Made by a program: the position numbers and the translations under genes. Below are positions 51,006-59,884 of a stretch of 64,000 nt of DNA, one piece after another. The stretch is from an uncultured Desulfarculus sp. (GTDB lineage: Bacteria; Desulfobacterota; Desulfarculia; Desulfarculales; Desulfarculaceae): NCBI GenBank assembly GCA_963665125.2, contig CAXXUK010000002.1, positions 1 through 64,000 on the forward strand, in the 5' to 3' direction. A model generated the notes under the pieces. It worked only from the letters and a program-made list of their open reading frames with translations. It ran no database searches and was not told where the DNA came from. Numbering within the stretch: position 1 is the stretch's first letter; each line of letters opens with the position of its first letter.

Positions 51006-52286
51006 TCAGCTGTCCTGGTCTTCTTCGCTCAAACCAAAGACCCGCTTGATAAGGGCGATCTGATTGCGCCTGGTCTCGGCCGAGGCATGACCCTGGCCCT
51101 TTAAAAAGAGAATCGGATCGTGCAGCAACTTTTTGGTCAGGGCCCTGGTCAGTCGGTCCACGGCCTGGGCCTGGTCAGGGGTTAGCCCGGCGCTGCGTAG
51201 GGTATAGTCTATCTCGGCCTGGCGGATGGCTTCGGCCTTGGTCGATAGCGAGGCGATGGTCGGGGCAACGGATAGCCCCTTGAGCCATTGGCGGAACTTG
51301 ACCACCTCTTCGGCCACGATTAGCTCGGCCTGGGAGGCCTCTTCGGTGCGGTTGGCCCGGTTCTGCTCCACCACCTGGGTCAGGTCGTCGATATCATAGA
51401 CAAAGCAGTTTGATATCTGGGCCACGGCCGGGTCCACGTCCCTGGGCACGGCTATATCTATGAAAAAGATAGGCTTGTGGCGGCGTTTTTTCATCGCCGT
51501 CTTGGCCAAGGCCTTGGTCACCACCGGTTCGGTGGCTCCGGTGGAGGTGATGACGATATCGGCCTCGGCAAGGCAGGCGTCAAGAGTTTCCATGGTCCGG
51601 GCCTTGCCGCCGAAACGCCTGGACAGTTCCACGGCCCGCTCCAGGGTGCGGTTGGCCACGGTTATGGAGGCCGCGCCGCCGCCCAACAGGTGTTCTGCTG
51701 CCAGTTCGGCCATCTCGCCGGCGCCTATCAATAGGGCGTGCAGGCCGTCAAGCTGGTCGAAGATCTTTTTGGCCAGCTGCACAGCGGCATAGGGCACGCT
51801 GACCGCCGCCCCGCCGATATTGGTCTCGCTGCGCACCCGCTTGGCTACCCGGAAGGTGGTGTGCAGCAGTCGGTTCAGGACCGCCCGGCAGGCCCCGGCC
51901 TGGGTGGCCAGGCGGAAAGACTCTTTGATCTGGCCCAGGATCTGGGGCTCGCCCACCACAAGGGAATCAAGGCTGCTGGCCACGCGGAACATGTGGCGCA
52001 CGGCGTCGTCATCGTGGTGGATGTACAAAGACCTTTCCAGGGCGGTGGGGTCAAACTTGCGCCCGCCGGTGAGGACCTGGGGCAGCAGCCTGTTGGTCTC
52101 CGGGCTGTCGGCGGCGGCCAGAAGCTCGACCCTGTTGCAGGTGGAAACCAGCATGACCTCGTTAACACCAGGCAGTTCCAAGGCGTTTTTGAGCATGGGG
52201 CCGATGTCCTGGGCCCCGGCGGCCAGGCATTCGCGCAGCTCCACCGGCGCGGTCTTGTGGTTTATGCCGACCAGGATGAGGTTCAC
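51006..52286 (-). CDS. hemA: Glutamyl-tRNA reductase
   Basis: GINHKTAPVELRE, STCNRVE, GEPQILGQ, IGAGEM, DIAVPRD; GTG start at 52286. Confidence 0.96.
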   Translation of the reverse strand: MNLILVGINHKTAPVELRECLAAGAQDIGPMLKNALELPGVNEVMLVSTCNRVELLAAADSPETNRLLPQVLTGGRKFDPTALERSLYIHHDDDAVRHMFRVASSLDSLVVGEPQILGQIKESFRLATQAGACRAVLNRLLHTTFRVAKRVRSETNIGGAAVSVPYAAVQLAKKIFDQLDGLHALLIGAGEMAELAAEHLLGGGAASITVANRTLERAVELSRRFGGKARTMETLDACLAEADIVITSTGATEPVVTKALAKTAMKKRRHKPIFFIDIAVPRDVDPAVAQISNCFVYDIDDLTQVVEQNRANRTEEASQAELIVAEEVVKFRQWLKGLSVAPTIASLSTKAEAIRQAEIDYTLRSAGLTPDQAQAVDRLTRALTKKLLHDPILFLKGQGHASAETRRNQIALIKRVFGLSEEDQDS

Positions 52287-53128
52287 CGGCTCTGCCCCGT
52301 GAAGTGAATCAATTCGCTGAACGAATGGTAATCGTTGAAAAGCAGGCCGGCCCCAAGGAAGGTGAACAGCACCAGCACAAAGGCCGCCACGGACAAAACC
52401 GCGCCACGTCTGCCCCGCCAACCCTGCACGAAGCGGGTGTGGACCAGGGCCGCGTAGGCCACCCAGGTGACCAGGGCGAAGACTTCCTTGGGCGTGCCCC
52501 GCAGGAACGATCCCATGACCTGGTGGGCATACACCGCTCCGGCGATAAGACCGATGGTGATCAGGCTGAAACCGGAGGCCATGGTCCATTGGCCGAATGA
52601 ATCCAGGCGGCCCAGTGAGGGCAGGCGTTGGAACAGGCCTCCCAACTGTTTGGCGCGAATGGACCGTTCCTGGGCCAGGTACAACAGCCCCGCCAGGCAG
52701 GTGAGGGCCAGCAGGCCGTAGCCGCCCATCAAGCCAACGACGTGGATGGGCACCCATATACTTTTCAGAGCCGGGCCGGGCATTGCGGCCGGGCCGGGCA
52801 TCCAGGTGGCGCCCAGCAGAAGCAGGGTGCAGATGGGGCCGACCATGGCGCCCATGATCCGCACCTCCAGCTTGATATTTACAAGCAGGGCGGCGGCCAT
52901 GACGGCCCAGGACAGCACGTCCAGGCTCTGGCGCAGGCTCAGGGCAGGAAAAGCGCCCAACTCAAGCCAGGCAATAAGCAACGCGCCGGTGTGGACGCCC
53001 AATCCAAGCCATAGCAGGGCCGAACCCATGCGGGCCAGGCCCATTCTCTGCCACAGCACATAAGCCAGATAGCACACCGTGCCGCTGAGGTAGGCCCCAA
53101 AGGTGGCCCAGTGCAGGGCATTGGTCAT
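52283..53128 (-). CDS. ccsA: CcsA/HemX-like cytochrome c assembly family membrane protein
   Basis: Eight TM helices, LPSL..LD, PKE..ALVTW, GWRGRR; sits between sirC and hemA. Confidence 0.8.
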   Translation of the reverse strand: MTNALHWATFGAYLSGTVCYLAYVLWQRMGLARMGSALLWLGLGVHTGALLIAWLELGAFPALSLRQSLDVLSWAVMAAALLVNIKLEVRIMGAMVGPICTLLLLGATWMPGPAAMPGPALKSIWVPIHVVGLMGGYGLLALTCLAGLLYLAQERSIRAKQLGGLFQRLPSLGRLDSFGQWTMASGFSLITIGLIAGAVYAHQVMGSFLRGTPKEVFALVTWVAYAALVHTRFVQGWRGRRGAVLSVAAFVLVLFTFLGAGLLFNDYHSFSELIHFTGQSR

Positions 53129-53820
53129 TTGGTTTCCTCCGCACGCATCCACAGGTCCTCCGGGTCCAGGCCCAAGGAGGAAAGATTGGCCTCCGGGCCG
53201 AGCACCGAAGCCAACAGGGCGTTGACGCCTTTTTGATCGCCTTCGTCGACCAGCCGAAGCAAGTCGGAGTCGATCAGACGGTAGAAAAGCTCACGGTTTT
53301 GCGGGTCGGGTCCGCTTTTAGTCAATACAACATCACGGGCAGCCTTGAGAATCCGAAGGTAGGGCGCCCATTCGGGGCCGAAATCCTGCTCCAGCTGCTG
53401 GCGGATGCGACGGCTAAGGGCCGGGCTGGCCCCGCCGGTGCCCACGGCCAGAAGCAGATCACCTCTGCGGATGTGGGCCGGGACGTTGAAATCGCCAATT
53501 TCCGGATTCATGATCACGTTTACCCAGGCCCCGTGCTTGCGGGCTTGGGCAGCGGCCTGCCGGTTCACCTCGTCATTGCCGGTAGCGCAGAAAACCAGCC
53601 GGGCCTTGCCGATGTCGTCCGGCTCAAAAGGCCTCTGAATATATTCCACGGCTGATTTTTGGGCAAGTTCCAGGGCCTCCGGGCACAATTCCGGGGCCAC
53701 GAGACGCACCTTCGCCCCGGCCTCCAGCAGCGAGGCGACTTTGCGGGCGGCAACCGCGCCTCCGCCGATGACCAACACGAGCTGCCCGGTGATGTCCAAC
53801 AATACGGGATAAAAACCCAA
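53125..53820 (-). CDS. sirC: Precorrin-2 dehydrogenase / siroheme synthase N-terminal domain
   Basis: YPV.LD, VIGGGAVAARK, TGGASPAL; TTG start after GGGAGG. Confidence 0.88.
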   Translation of the reverse strand: MGFYPVLLDITGQLVLVIGGGAVAARKVASLLEAGAKVRLVAPELCPEALELAQKSAVEYIQRPFEPDDIGKARLVFCATGNDEVNRQAAAQARKHGAWVNVIMNPEIGDFNVPAHIRRGDLLLAVGTGGASPALSRRIRQQLEQDFGPEWAPYLRILKAARDVVLTKSGPDPQNRELFYRLIDSDLLRLVDEGDQKGVNALLASVLGPEANLSSLGLDPEDLWMRAEETK

Positions 53821-53917
53821 AACGACCTCCCACGCCATAATAGGCGCAGGCCCAAGCATATCACCGGAAAGCTGGATTATAAAGAGCGGGGGCGGATTTG
53901 GGGTCGGCGAGGCGGGG

Positions 53918-54163
53918 CTAATAAACGTAGCGGTCCAGGAAAAAGCCTCTGGGCGTGGCCATGCCCCGGGCGCGTCCCTTGCGGGGGCTGTAGCCGGAGC
54001 GCAGCTCGGGTTCCTGGGAGGGCATGTCTTCGCCCAGGGGGCCCAGGGACTCGGAGTTTCGGGCCGTGGGCCGGTCGTCCCAGACCTGCTCCAGGGACAT
54101 CCGCCCGTCGCCGGGCACCAGGAAATAGACCTTGCGGCCCGTATGCCTGTTGTCTACGGTCAT
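53918..54163 (-). CDS. Hypothetical protein downstream of the J-domain gene
   Basis: 81 aa starting 2 nt after the upstream stop, GGAGG RBS. Confidence 0.6.
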   Translation of the reverse strand: MTVDNRHTGRKVYFLVPGDGRMSLEQVWDDRPTARNSESLGPLGEDMPSQEPELRSGYSPRKGRARGMATPRGFFLDRYVY

Positions 54164-54165
54164 GA

Positions 54166-54924
54166 TCAGGCCTCCCCGCCCGGTGAAATGGCCATAAGCT
54201 CAACAACGGCCCGTTGTCCGCCGGCCAGGCTGACGGGCAACCGTTCACCGGGCACCCAGTGATGCGGCAGGTCGACATGGACCATGGAGGAGCTGGTGAA
54301 GCTACCCCGGCCGCCGCAGGAGGGGCAGCGGGTGGCGTGACCACCGCCGGTGTAGCGGCCCGTGCCGGAGCAAAGGGGGCAGCGGCGGCTGTTGCGCACG
54401 GGAAGGTCCATGCTCCGGGGCCTGCCCTGGACCAGCACCCGGTAGACCAGGCCGTTTTCATCCTTGCCCAGTTCCATCAGCCGCCACTGGTCCTTGGGCC
54501 TGGGGACCTCTTGGGTTGGCCTGGCCTGAGGCGGAGTGGAGCGTCGCAGGGTAATGAACGGCTTGACAGGAGACGGTTGCGGTTGGGCCTTGGCCTCGGA
54601 GCATGTTTCGTATTCCGGTTCCCGGGCGGGCTGCTTGTTATCCGCCGGGCGCTGGCGGTTGATGAAATCGGCGCCAATGAATTCTTCGAGATCAAAAGGA
54701 CGGTAGTTGATTTCCGCGGCCCTCTGCTGGCTGGCCAGATGCTCCATGACCTTCTTGTAGGCGCGATTGACCCGGCCCATCATCACACCCAGGGAACCGG
54801 GGTGAAGATCCGGATGCAGGGCCTTGGCAAGGCGATGATACGCCTCCTTGGCCTGGGACTCGGATGCCCCTGGTCTCAGGTCCAATTCGGAGTAGGAGTC
54901 TATTATTTCTTGCGCCAGTGCCAT
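54166..54924 (-). CDS. J-domain protein with a single zinc-finger pair
   Basis: LAKALHPD J-domain; CPLCSGTG and CPSCGGRG. Confidence 0.8.
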   Translation of the reverse strand: MALAQEIIDSYSELDLRPGASESQAKEAYHRLAKALHPDLHPGSLGVMMGRVNRAYKKVMEHLASQQRAAEINYRPFDLEEFIGADFINRQRPADNKQPAREPEYETCSEAKAQPQPSPVKPFITLRRSTPPQARPTQEVPRPKDQWRLMELGKDENGLVYRVLVQGRPRSMDLPVRNSRRCPLCSGTGRYTGGGHATRCPSCGGRGSFTSSSMVHVDLPHHWVPGERLPVSLAGGQRAVVELMAISPGGEA

Positions 54925-54960
54925 TGCAACGTCCCCTTTAGGTTTGCACTTAAGGGTTTA

Positions 54961-54975
54961 GCAAAGCGGGTGCCA
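54961..54975 (-). promoter_or_regulatory. Sigma54 (-24/-12) promoter
   Basis: TGGCAC-CCGCT-TTGC, 36 nt upstream of the J-domain gene start. Confidence 0.8.
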
Positions 54976-55298
54976 AGATGGACCTGATGGATAACCATCT
55001 GTAATTCAAACAGATATTGGCGCGGCTGGATGCGGTGGCCCCTGCGAAGTGCGCAGGGGATTGCGCGAATGAACATAGCCGCGACCGGTCTCCGGGACCC
55101 GCTCGCGGCCATCCTTGGCCATGGCATGTGGCGATATTAAATAATTTCAGCACCTTGCCATAGGTGTGTAATCGCCTTCACACCCGGTGCGTCTCCTTTC
55201 ACACCGGACCAGAAGCCCGGACCAGCGGTCCGCACGGCTCCCGGTGCAGGGGCTACGCTAAAAAAGCGGCCCATGCGTGCAGGCAGCGAAAAAGAAAC

Positions 55299-56690
55299 TT
55301 AGAGCCCGAGTTCCTGAATCTTGGTGATCAGGGCCCGGCGGGATATGCCCAAACGTTCCGCCGTGTGGGTGCGGTTGCCCTCGGTTTCCCTCAATACTCT
55401 GCCTATGATCTGCTTTTCGGTTTCCAAGGCGACGAGCTTTAGCACTTTTTTAAGATCATCTTCATCAGGCGGTACGCTGACCCTGATTCCTCCAACGGAG
55501 GCATGCCCCAGGGGCAGGTCGGAGACGTCGAGCACAATGCCGTCGGCCATGACCATGGCCTGTTCCAGCAGGTTTTCCAGCTCCCGGACATTGCCCCGCA
55601 AAGGCGCGGCGGCCAGGGCTTCGATGGCGGCCGGGCTGAGCTGGCGGCCGGGCAGGTTGTGGCGCTTGGCGGCCTTGGCCATGAAGTGCCGGGCCAGGGG
55701 CGCTATGTCTTCCGCCCGCTCCCGCAGGGGCGGCAGATGAACGGGGATGACGCTGAGGCGGTAGAATAGGTCCTCGCGGAAACGGCCCTCCTGGGCTTCG
55801 GCGTCCAAGTCCTTGTTGGTGGCGGCGATGATGCGGATGTCCACCTTGCGGGTGGCCGTGTCGCCCACCCGTTTGATCTCGCCCTCCTGCAGGGCACGCA
55901 GGAGCTTGGCCTGGACCTCCAGGGGCAGCTCGCCCACCTCGTCCAGAAACAGGGTGGAGCCGTCGGCCTCTTCGAACAGGCCCCGGCGGGAGCGGTCGGC
56001 CCCGGTGTAGGCGCCCTTGACCGCGCCGAACAACTCGCTTTCGATGAGCGTGGCCGGAATTGCCGCGCAGTTGACGGCCACGAAGGGCCGTTTTCCCCTC
56101 GGAGAGTTGTAATGGATGGCCCTGGCCACCAGTTCCTTGCCCGTGCCGCTTTCGCCGCTGATGAGCACCGTGGCGTTGGTGGCCGAGACCTTTTTCATCA
56201 TCTCGAATACCCGCTGCATGGCCGGGCTGTTGCCGATTATATTGCCGAAATCGTAGCGCCGGGCCACCTCGGTGCGCAGCATGCGGTTGTCGGCCAGCAT
56301 GCGGCGGCGCTCCATGGCCTTGTCCAGGACCAGCAGGATTTCCTCTTCCTTGAATGGCTTGCCGATGTAGTCGAAGGCCCCCTGTTTCATGGCCGTCAGA
56401 GCGGTTTCCACGCTGGCGTAGGCCGTGATCATGATCACCGTCTGGTCGGGCTCGGTTTCCTTGAGCCGCTGCAAGACGGTCAGACCGTCCAGGTCGGGCA
56501 TCTTCAGGTCCAGGATGACCACGTCGTAGATGTCGGCCGCGAATTTTTCCAGGGCCTCGCCGCCGCCCTGGGCCGTATCCACGTGGAAGCCCTGACGGGT
56601 GAGCATCACCTCCAGGACCCGCCGGACGTGCTGCTCGTCATCGACAACCAGCACCCGGCCCCTGGTGGGGGCCTTTTCAGATTCGGACAT
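55299..56690 (-). CDS. Sigma54-dependent response regulator (NtrC/AtoC family)
   Basis: REC domain, GESGTGKE, GAYTGA, FLDEVGE, RGNVREL, Fis-type HTH. Confidence 0.93.
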   Translation of the reverse strand: MSESEKAPTRGRVLVVDDEQHVRRVLEVMLTRQGFHVDTAQGGGEALEKFAADIYDVVILDLKMPDLDGLTVLQRLKETEPDQTVIMITAYASVETALTAMKQGAFDYIGKPFKEEEILLVLDKAMERRRMLADNRMLRTEVARRYDFGNIIGNSPAMQRVFEMMKKVSATNATVLISGESGTGKELVARAIHYNSPRGKRPFVAVNCAAIPATLIESELFGAVKGAYTGADRSRRGLFEEADGSTLFLDEVGELPLEVQAKLLRALQEGEIKRVGDTATRKVDIRIIAATNKDLDAEAQEGRFREDLFYRLSVIPVHLPPLRERAEDIAPLARHFMAKAAKRHNLPGRQLSPAAIEALAAAPLRGNVRELENLLEQAMVMADGIVLDVSDLPLGHASVGGIRVSVPPDEDDLKKVLKLVALETEKQIIGRVLRETEGNRTHTAERLGISRRALITKIQELGL

Positions 56691-57582
56691 ATTGCGATCC
56701 CTCCCGGCGCAGTTGGCCTTGGGCCGTCATTTGCTCCAGGTGCTTTTTGATCATGGCCCCTTCGGCCCAGACGTAATAGTCCAGGGGTTCACGGGCCTTG
56801 CCGTAGACGATCCAGGCCCGCACCAGCTGGTCCAGGCTCCGGGGCCCTTCCTCGAACAGGTCCAGGATTCGCTGGTGACGCCGGTCGATGACGGCCAAAA
56901 AATCATCCCATAATGGGCCGGGCTCTTGGGCGATGGCCCCATACTCATGACCCGGAATCCAGACCTTGGCAGGGACGCGGCGCAGCATTTCCACCGAATC
57001 ACGGCACTGGTCCATGTCGGAATGCACGTCGGCGTACCACGGCCCGAACGGCGTGAGGTCGTAGTCGGCCAGGTGCAGCAAGCCCTGGGCCGGGAACCAG
57101 AAGCTCAGGTGCCCCGGAGTGTGCCCCGGGGTGTGTAGGGCGTGGACCTCCACGCCGTGGGCGTCGATGATCTCGCCGGGCTCGATGAGCCGGTCAGGCG
57201 TGCGCGGCTTGTAATGAAAAAAATCGATCAGGACCTGGCGCCAGAAATCCCTGAGCGGCCCGCGCATGTCGTACCAGTCCAGGAAAATCTCCATGTCCGT
57301 CAGCGGCGGGGCGTCGAGGCCGCAGATCCACAACTCGGCGTCTTCAAACAGATCCAGGTCGATGAAATGATCTTCGTGCCAGTGGCTCAGCCAGACCTGA
57401 CGCACGCCTTCTTGGTCGCGCAGTCGTCGGAATCGCTCCCGGTCGCCTGCCGGATCGATGAGCACCCCCGCGCCCTCAATGTATGTGGAATGGCAATAGG
57501 GCACCCGGCCCTTTTTGGGGCCCGGAATGAAGCGCACAGGACCAAAGGAATGTTCCCCGGTGATGACGGCGGCGTCGCTCAC
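56677..57582 (-). CDS. Metallo-beta-lactamase-fold hydrolase
   Basis: SHWHEDH, TPGHTPGH, PGHE. Confidence 0.88.
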   Translation of the reverse strand: MSDAAVITGEHSFGPVRFIPGPKKGRVPYCHSTYIEGAGVLIDPAGDRERFRRLRDQEGVRQVWLSHWHEDHFIDLDLFEDAELWICGLDAPPLTDMEIFLDWYDMRGPLRDFWRQVLIDFFHYKPRTPDRLIEPGEIIDAHGVEVHALHTPGHTPGHLSFWFPAQGLLHLADYDLTPFGPWYADVHSDMDQCRDSVEMLRRVPAKVWIPGHEYGAIAQEPGPLWDDFLAVIDRRHQRILDLFEEGPRSLDQLVRAWIVYGKAREPLDYYVWAEGAMIKKHLEQMTAQGQLRREGSQYVRI

Positions 57583-58886
57583 TGGTCATCGTCCTTGACC
57601 GGGCCCGCGGCTGAGCGTTCCAGATCCAAAATTTGCGAACCGCCCACATAGGCCTTGGTGTGAAAGCTGGTGATGCGGTTTAATCGCTGGGTCACCGCGG
57701 TCATCTCGTTGGCGGCCTTCATTATTCTGTCCAGGCGCTGAAACAGCGGGTGTTCTTCATCCAGGGACATCATGGTCAACTCAGCCTGCATCAGCACGTT
57801 TTGTAGTGGTTGGTTCAGCTCATGGCAGGCCGCCCCGGCGGTCTGGATGGCGGCGTCGATGCGCTCCTGGGCCAGTACTTTCTCCTGGGCCAGGATCTGC
57901 TCGCTGACGTCGCTTAAAAAATTCAGGGCCGCTGTCTGATTTTCCCACTCGATCATTACTCCACTGACCTCGACCCAGACAACAGCGCCACCTTTGGTAA
58001 GGGCCCGGAATCGGCTCCTGGCGGGAACGGGTTTGCCGGCCATGCGGTTCAGGTGGGTTTCAATGACATATCGCCGGTCTTCGGCGTGGATCATGTTGGT
58101 AAAGGGCTGGGATGTCATTTCCTCCATGGTATAGCCGAGTTTGTCGACCATCCAGGGATTGACGTAGCGCAGATAGCCGTCTTGGGCGACCATTATGCCT
58201 TCGGATGCGTTTTCGACCACCTGCCTGTATTTTTCGCCCAGTTCCTCGGAATGGACCAGGCTGATAAAGGCCCGCCTGCGCAGGGCGTTTTGCCGGGATA
58301 TGGCCACTGTGCATAGCCCGATTATCAAAACCATCAGCAGGGAAATGATGGTTACGTTGTGGGCTGTGGCTCCACTATTGGAAAGGCCGAAGCAGATCAC
58401 GAACGAGGCGGCAATGGTAATGGTGCCGACAATCAAGTGGACTATCTTGACCGGCGGCACAACCAAAAAGACGACCACCATCACCACCGCGGTTATGGGC
58501 AAAGTGCCCATGGTGTGGAATTTGGTGATGGTTATGATGCACATTGCCGTGGCGAAGGCCAGAATAAACACCAACACAGCCGTGTTGATGGCTGGGTTAT
58601 ATTCTTTTTGATTAGTAATAACCACTGGATAGGCGGCGCTAGCAAGGGCTAGCAAGCGTCCGGCCAGGCAGGCCATGAAGGCCGTGCTCATGCCGAGGGC
58701 CATCAGATCGCCGACACCGGCCAGGAAAAATATCAAGGCGCCGAAAATCGCGCAAACCCGGATCAGCCTTCTGGCTTCGGGCCAGGCGTGTTCAAGGTAC
58801 CTTAGCTCCCATACCGGATCGCTAAACTCGCCAACTATGTTGATTTGCGGGTTCTCCAGGGCTGGCATCGAATACTGGCCGGTCAT
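57579..58886 (-). CDS. Multi-TM PAS sensor with His-phosphoacceptor segment but no HATPase domain
   Basis: Six TM helices, PAS (IHAEDR), GAACHELNQPL; ends about 70 aa later without N/G boxes. Confidence 0.8.
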   Translation of the reverse strand: MTGQYSMPALENPQINIVGEFSDPVWELRYLEHAWPEARRLIRVCAIFGALIFFLAGVGDLMALGMSTAFMACLAGRLLALASAAYPVVITNQKEYNPAINTAVLVFILAFATAMCIITITKFHTMGTLPITAVVMVVVFLVVPPVKIVHLIVGTITIAASFVICFGLSNSGATAHNVTIISLLMVLIIGLCTVAISRQNALRRRAFISLVHSEELGEKYRQVVENASEGIMVAQDGYLRYVNPWMVDKLGYTMEEMTSQPFTNMIHAEDRRYVIETHLNRMAGKPVPARSRFRALTKGGAVVWVEVSGVMIEWENQTAALNFLSDVSEQILAQEKVLAQERIDAAIQTAGAACHELNQPLQNVLMQAELTMMSLDEEHPLFQRLDRIMKAANEMTAVTQRLNRITSFHTKAYVGGSQILDLERSAAGPVKDDDQ

Positions 58887-58895
58887 CGGTCCTCC

Positions 58896-59792
58896 TTATG
58901 CCAGCCTGAAGTGGCCGTTTTGGGCTTTAACCAGCCCCTTGGCCATGAGCCGCTGGAGGTGTTTGTCCATTATGGCCAGTTCCCCCATGTCGAAAAATTC
59001 CTTGGGCTCCCTGGGCCGCCCGTACACAAAGCGGGCATCAACGATCTGTTGAAGCGTGGTCGGCCTGGCCAGCAGTTGGCGCAGGCCCTGGTCGCGCCGC
59101 TGGACCACGGCCAGAAAATCGTCCCATAATTGACCCGGTTGTTCGGTGAACAGACCGGTTTCGTGGCAGGCCATCCAGACCTTGGCCGGCACCTTGCTCA
59201 GCTTTTCAACGGATTCGATGGTCTGGTCGATATCCGACAGAACGTCGCCGTACCAGGGCCCAAAGGGCGTAAGGTCGTAGTCGCCCATGAACAGCACGCC
59301 CGGCTCCCGGAAAAAGAACGACAAATGGCCCGGTGTGTGGCCCGGCGTGTGAATGACCTCCACGGTCACCTCCGGCAGTTCGATGACTTGGCCGTCGTGG
59401 AGGTGGCCGGCGATTTTCCGGGGCTTGTAATGGAACTGTTCGAGCATGGTCTTGCGCCAATACTCGCGGATATCAGGTTTGCCGCCATAGGGATAACCTT
59501 CCAGAAACAGCTCCAGGTCGGTTATGGGTCCCTGATCCAATTCATGGATATGGATCGGCAGGTCCTCGAACAAGTCAAGATGAGCTATATGATCCTCGTG
59601 CCAATGGGTCAGCCAAATTTGGTTGACGCCTTCTTCATCGCGGAGGCGCTTTAGCCTTTGGCGGTCCGAGGCCGGGTCGATAAGAATCTTGGAGCCTTCA
59701 ATGTACAAGGAGTGGCAGTGGGGGTATTTACCCTTGTTGGGGCCCGGTAAAAACCGCACCGGCCCGAAACTGGTTTCGGTTGGTTGATTCAT
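58896..59792 (-). CDS. Metallo-beta-lactamase-fold hydrolase, paralog
   Basis: THWHEDH, TPGHTPGH, DYDLTPFGPWY shared with 56677..57582. Confidence 0.88.
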   Translation of the reverse strand: MNQPTETSFGPVRFLPGPNKGKYPHCHSLYIEGSKILIDPASDRQRLKRLRDEEGVNQIWLTHWHEDHIAHLDLFEDLPIHIHELDQGPITDLELFLEGYPYGGKPDIREYWRKTMLEQFHYKPRKIAGHLHDGQVIELPEVTVEVIHTPGHTPGHLSFFFREPGVLFMGDYDLTPFGPWYGDVLSDIDQTIESVEKLSKVPAKVWMACHETGLFTEQPGQLWDDFLAVVQRRDQGLRQLLARPTTLQQIVDARFVYGRPREPKEFFDMGELAIMDKHLQRLMAKGLVKAQNGHFRLA

Positions 59793-59884
59793 TGGCCTTG
59801 CATTCCCTGGATTAGCAATATTAGGCCGCCCATGACCAGCGTGGCCGCGAGCGTCCAGATCAGCAGTTTAAAGCGACTGTTCAT
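59789..59884 (-). CDS. Putative 31-aa single-TM small protein
   Basis: MNSRFKLLIWTLAATLVMGGLILLIQGMQGQ*; overlaps the kinase stop and has ATGA overlap with the MBL gene; GGAAGG RBS. Confidence 0.6.
   Translation of the reverse strand: MNSRFKLLIWTLAATLVMGGLILLIQGMQGQ

Noticed and set aside
55299..56690. GAYTGA instead of GAFTGA as a sign of an inactive activator
   Set aside because: The Phe-to-Tyr variant occurs in natural bEBPs and the other AAA+ motifs look intact.
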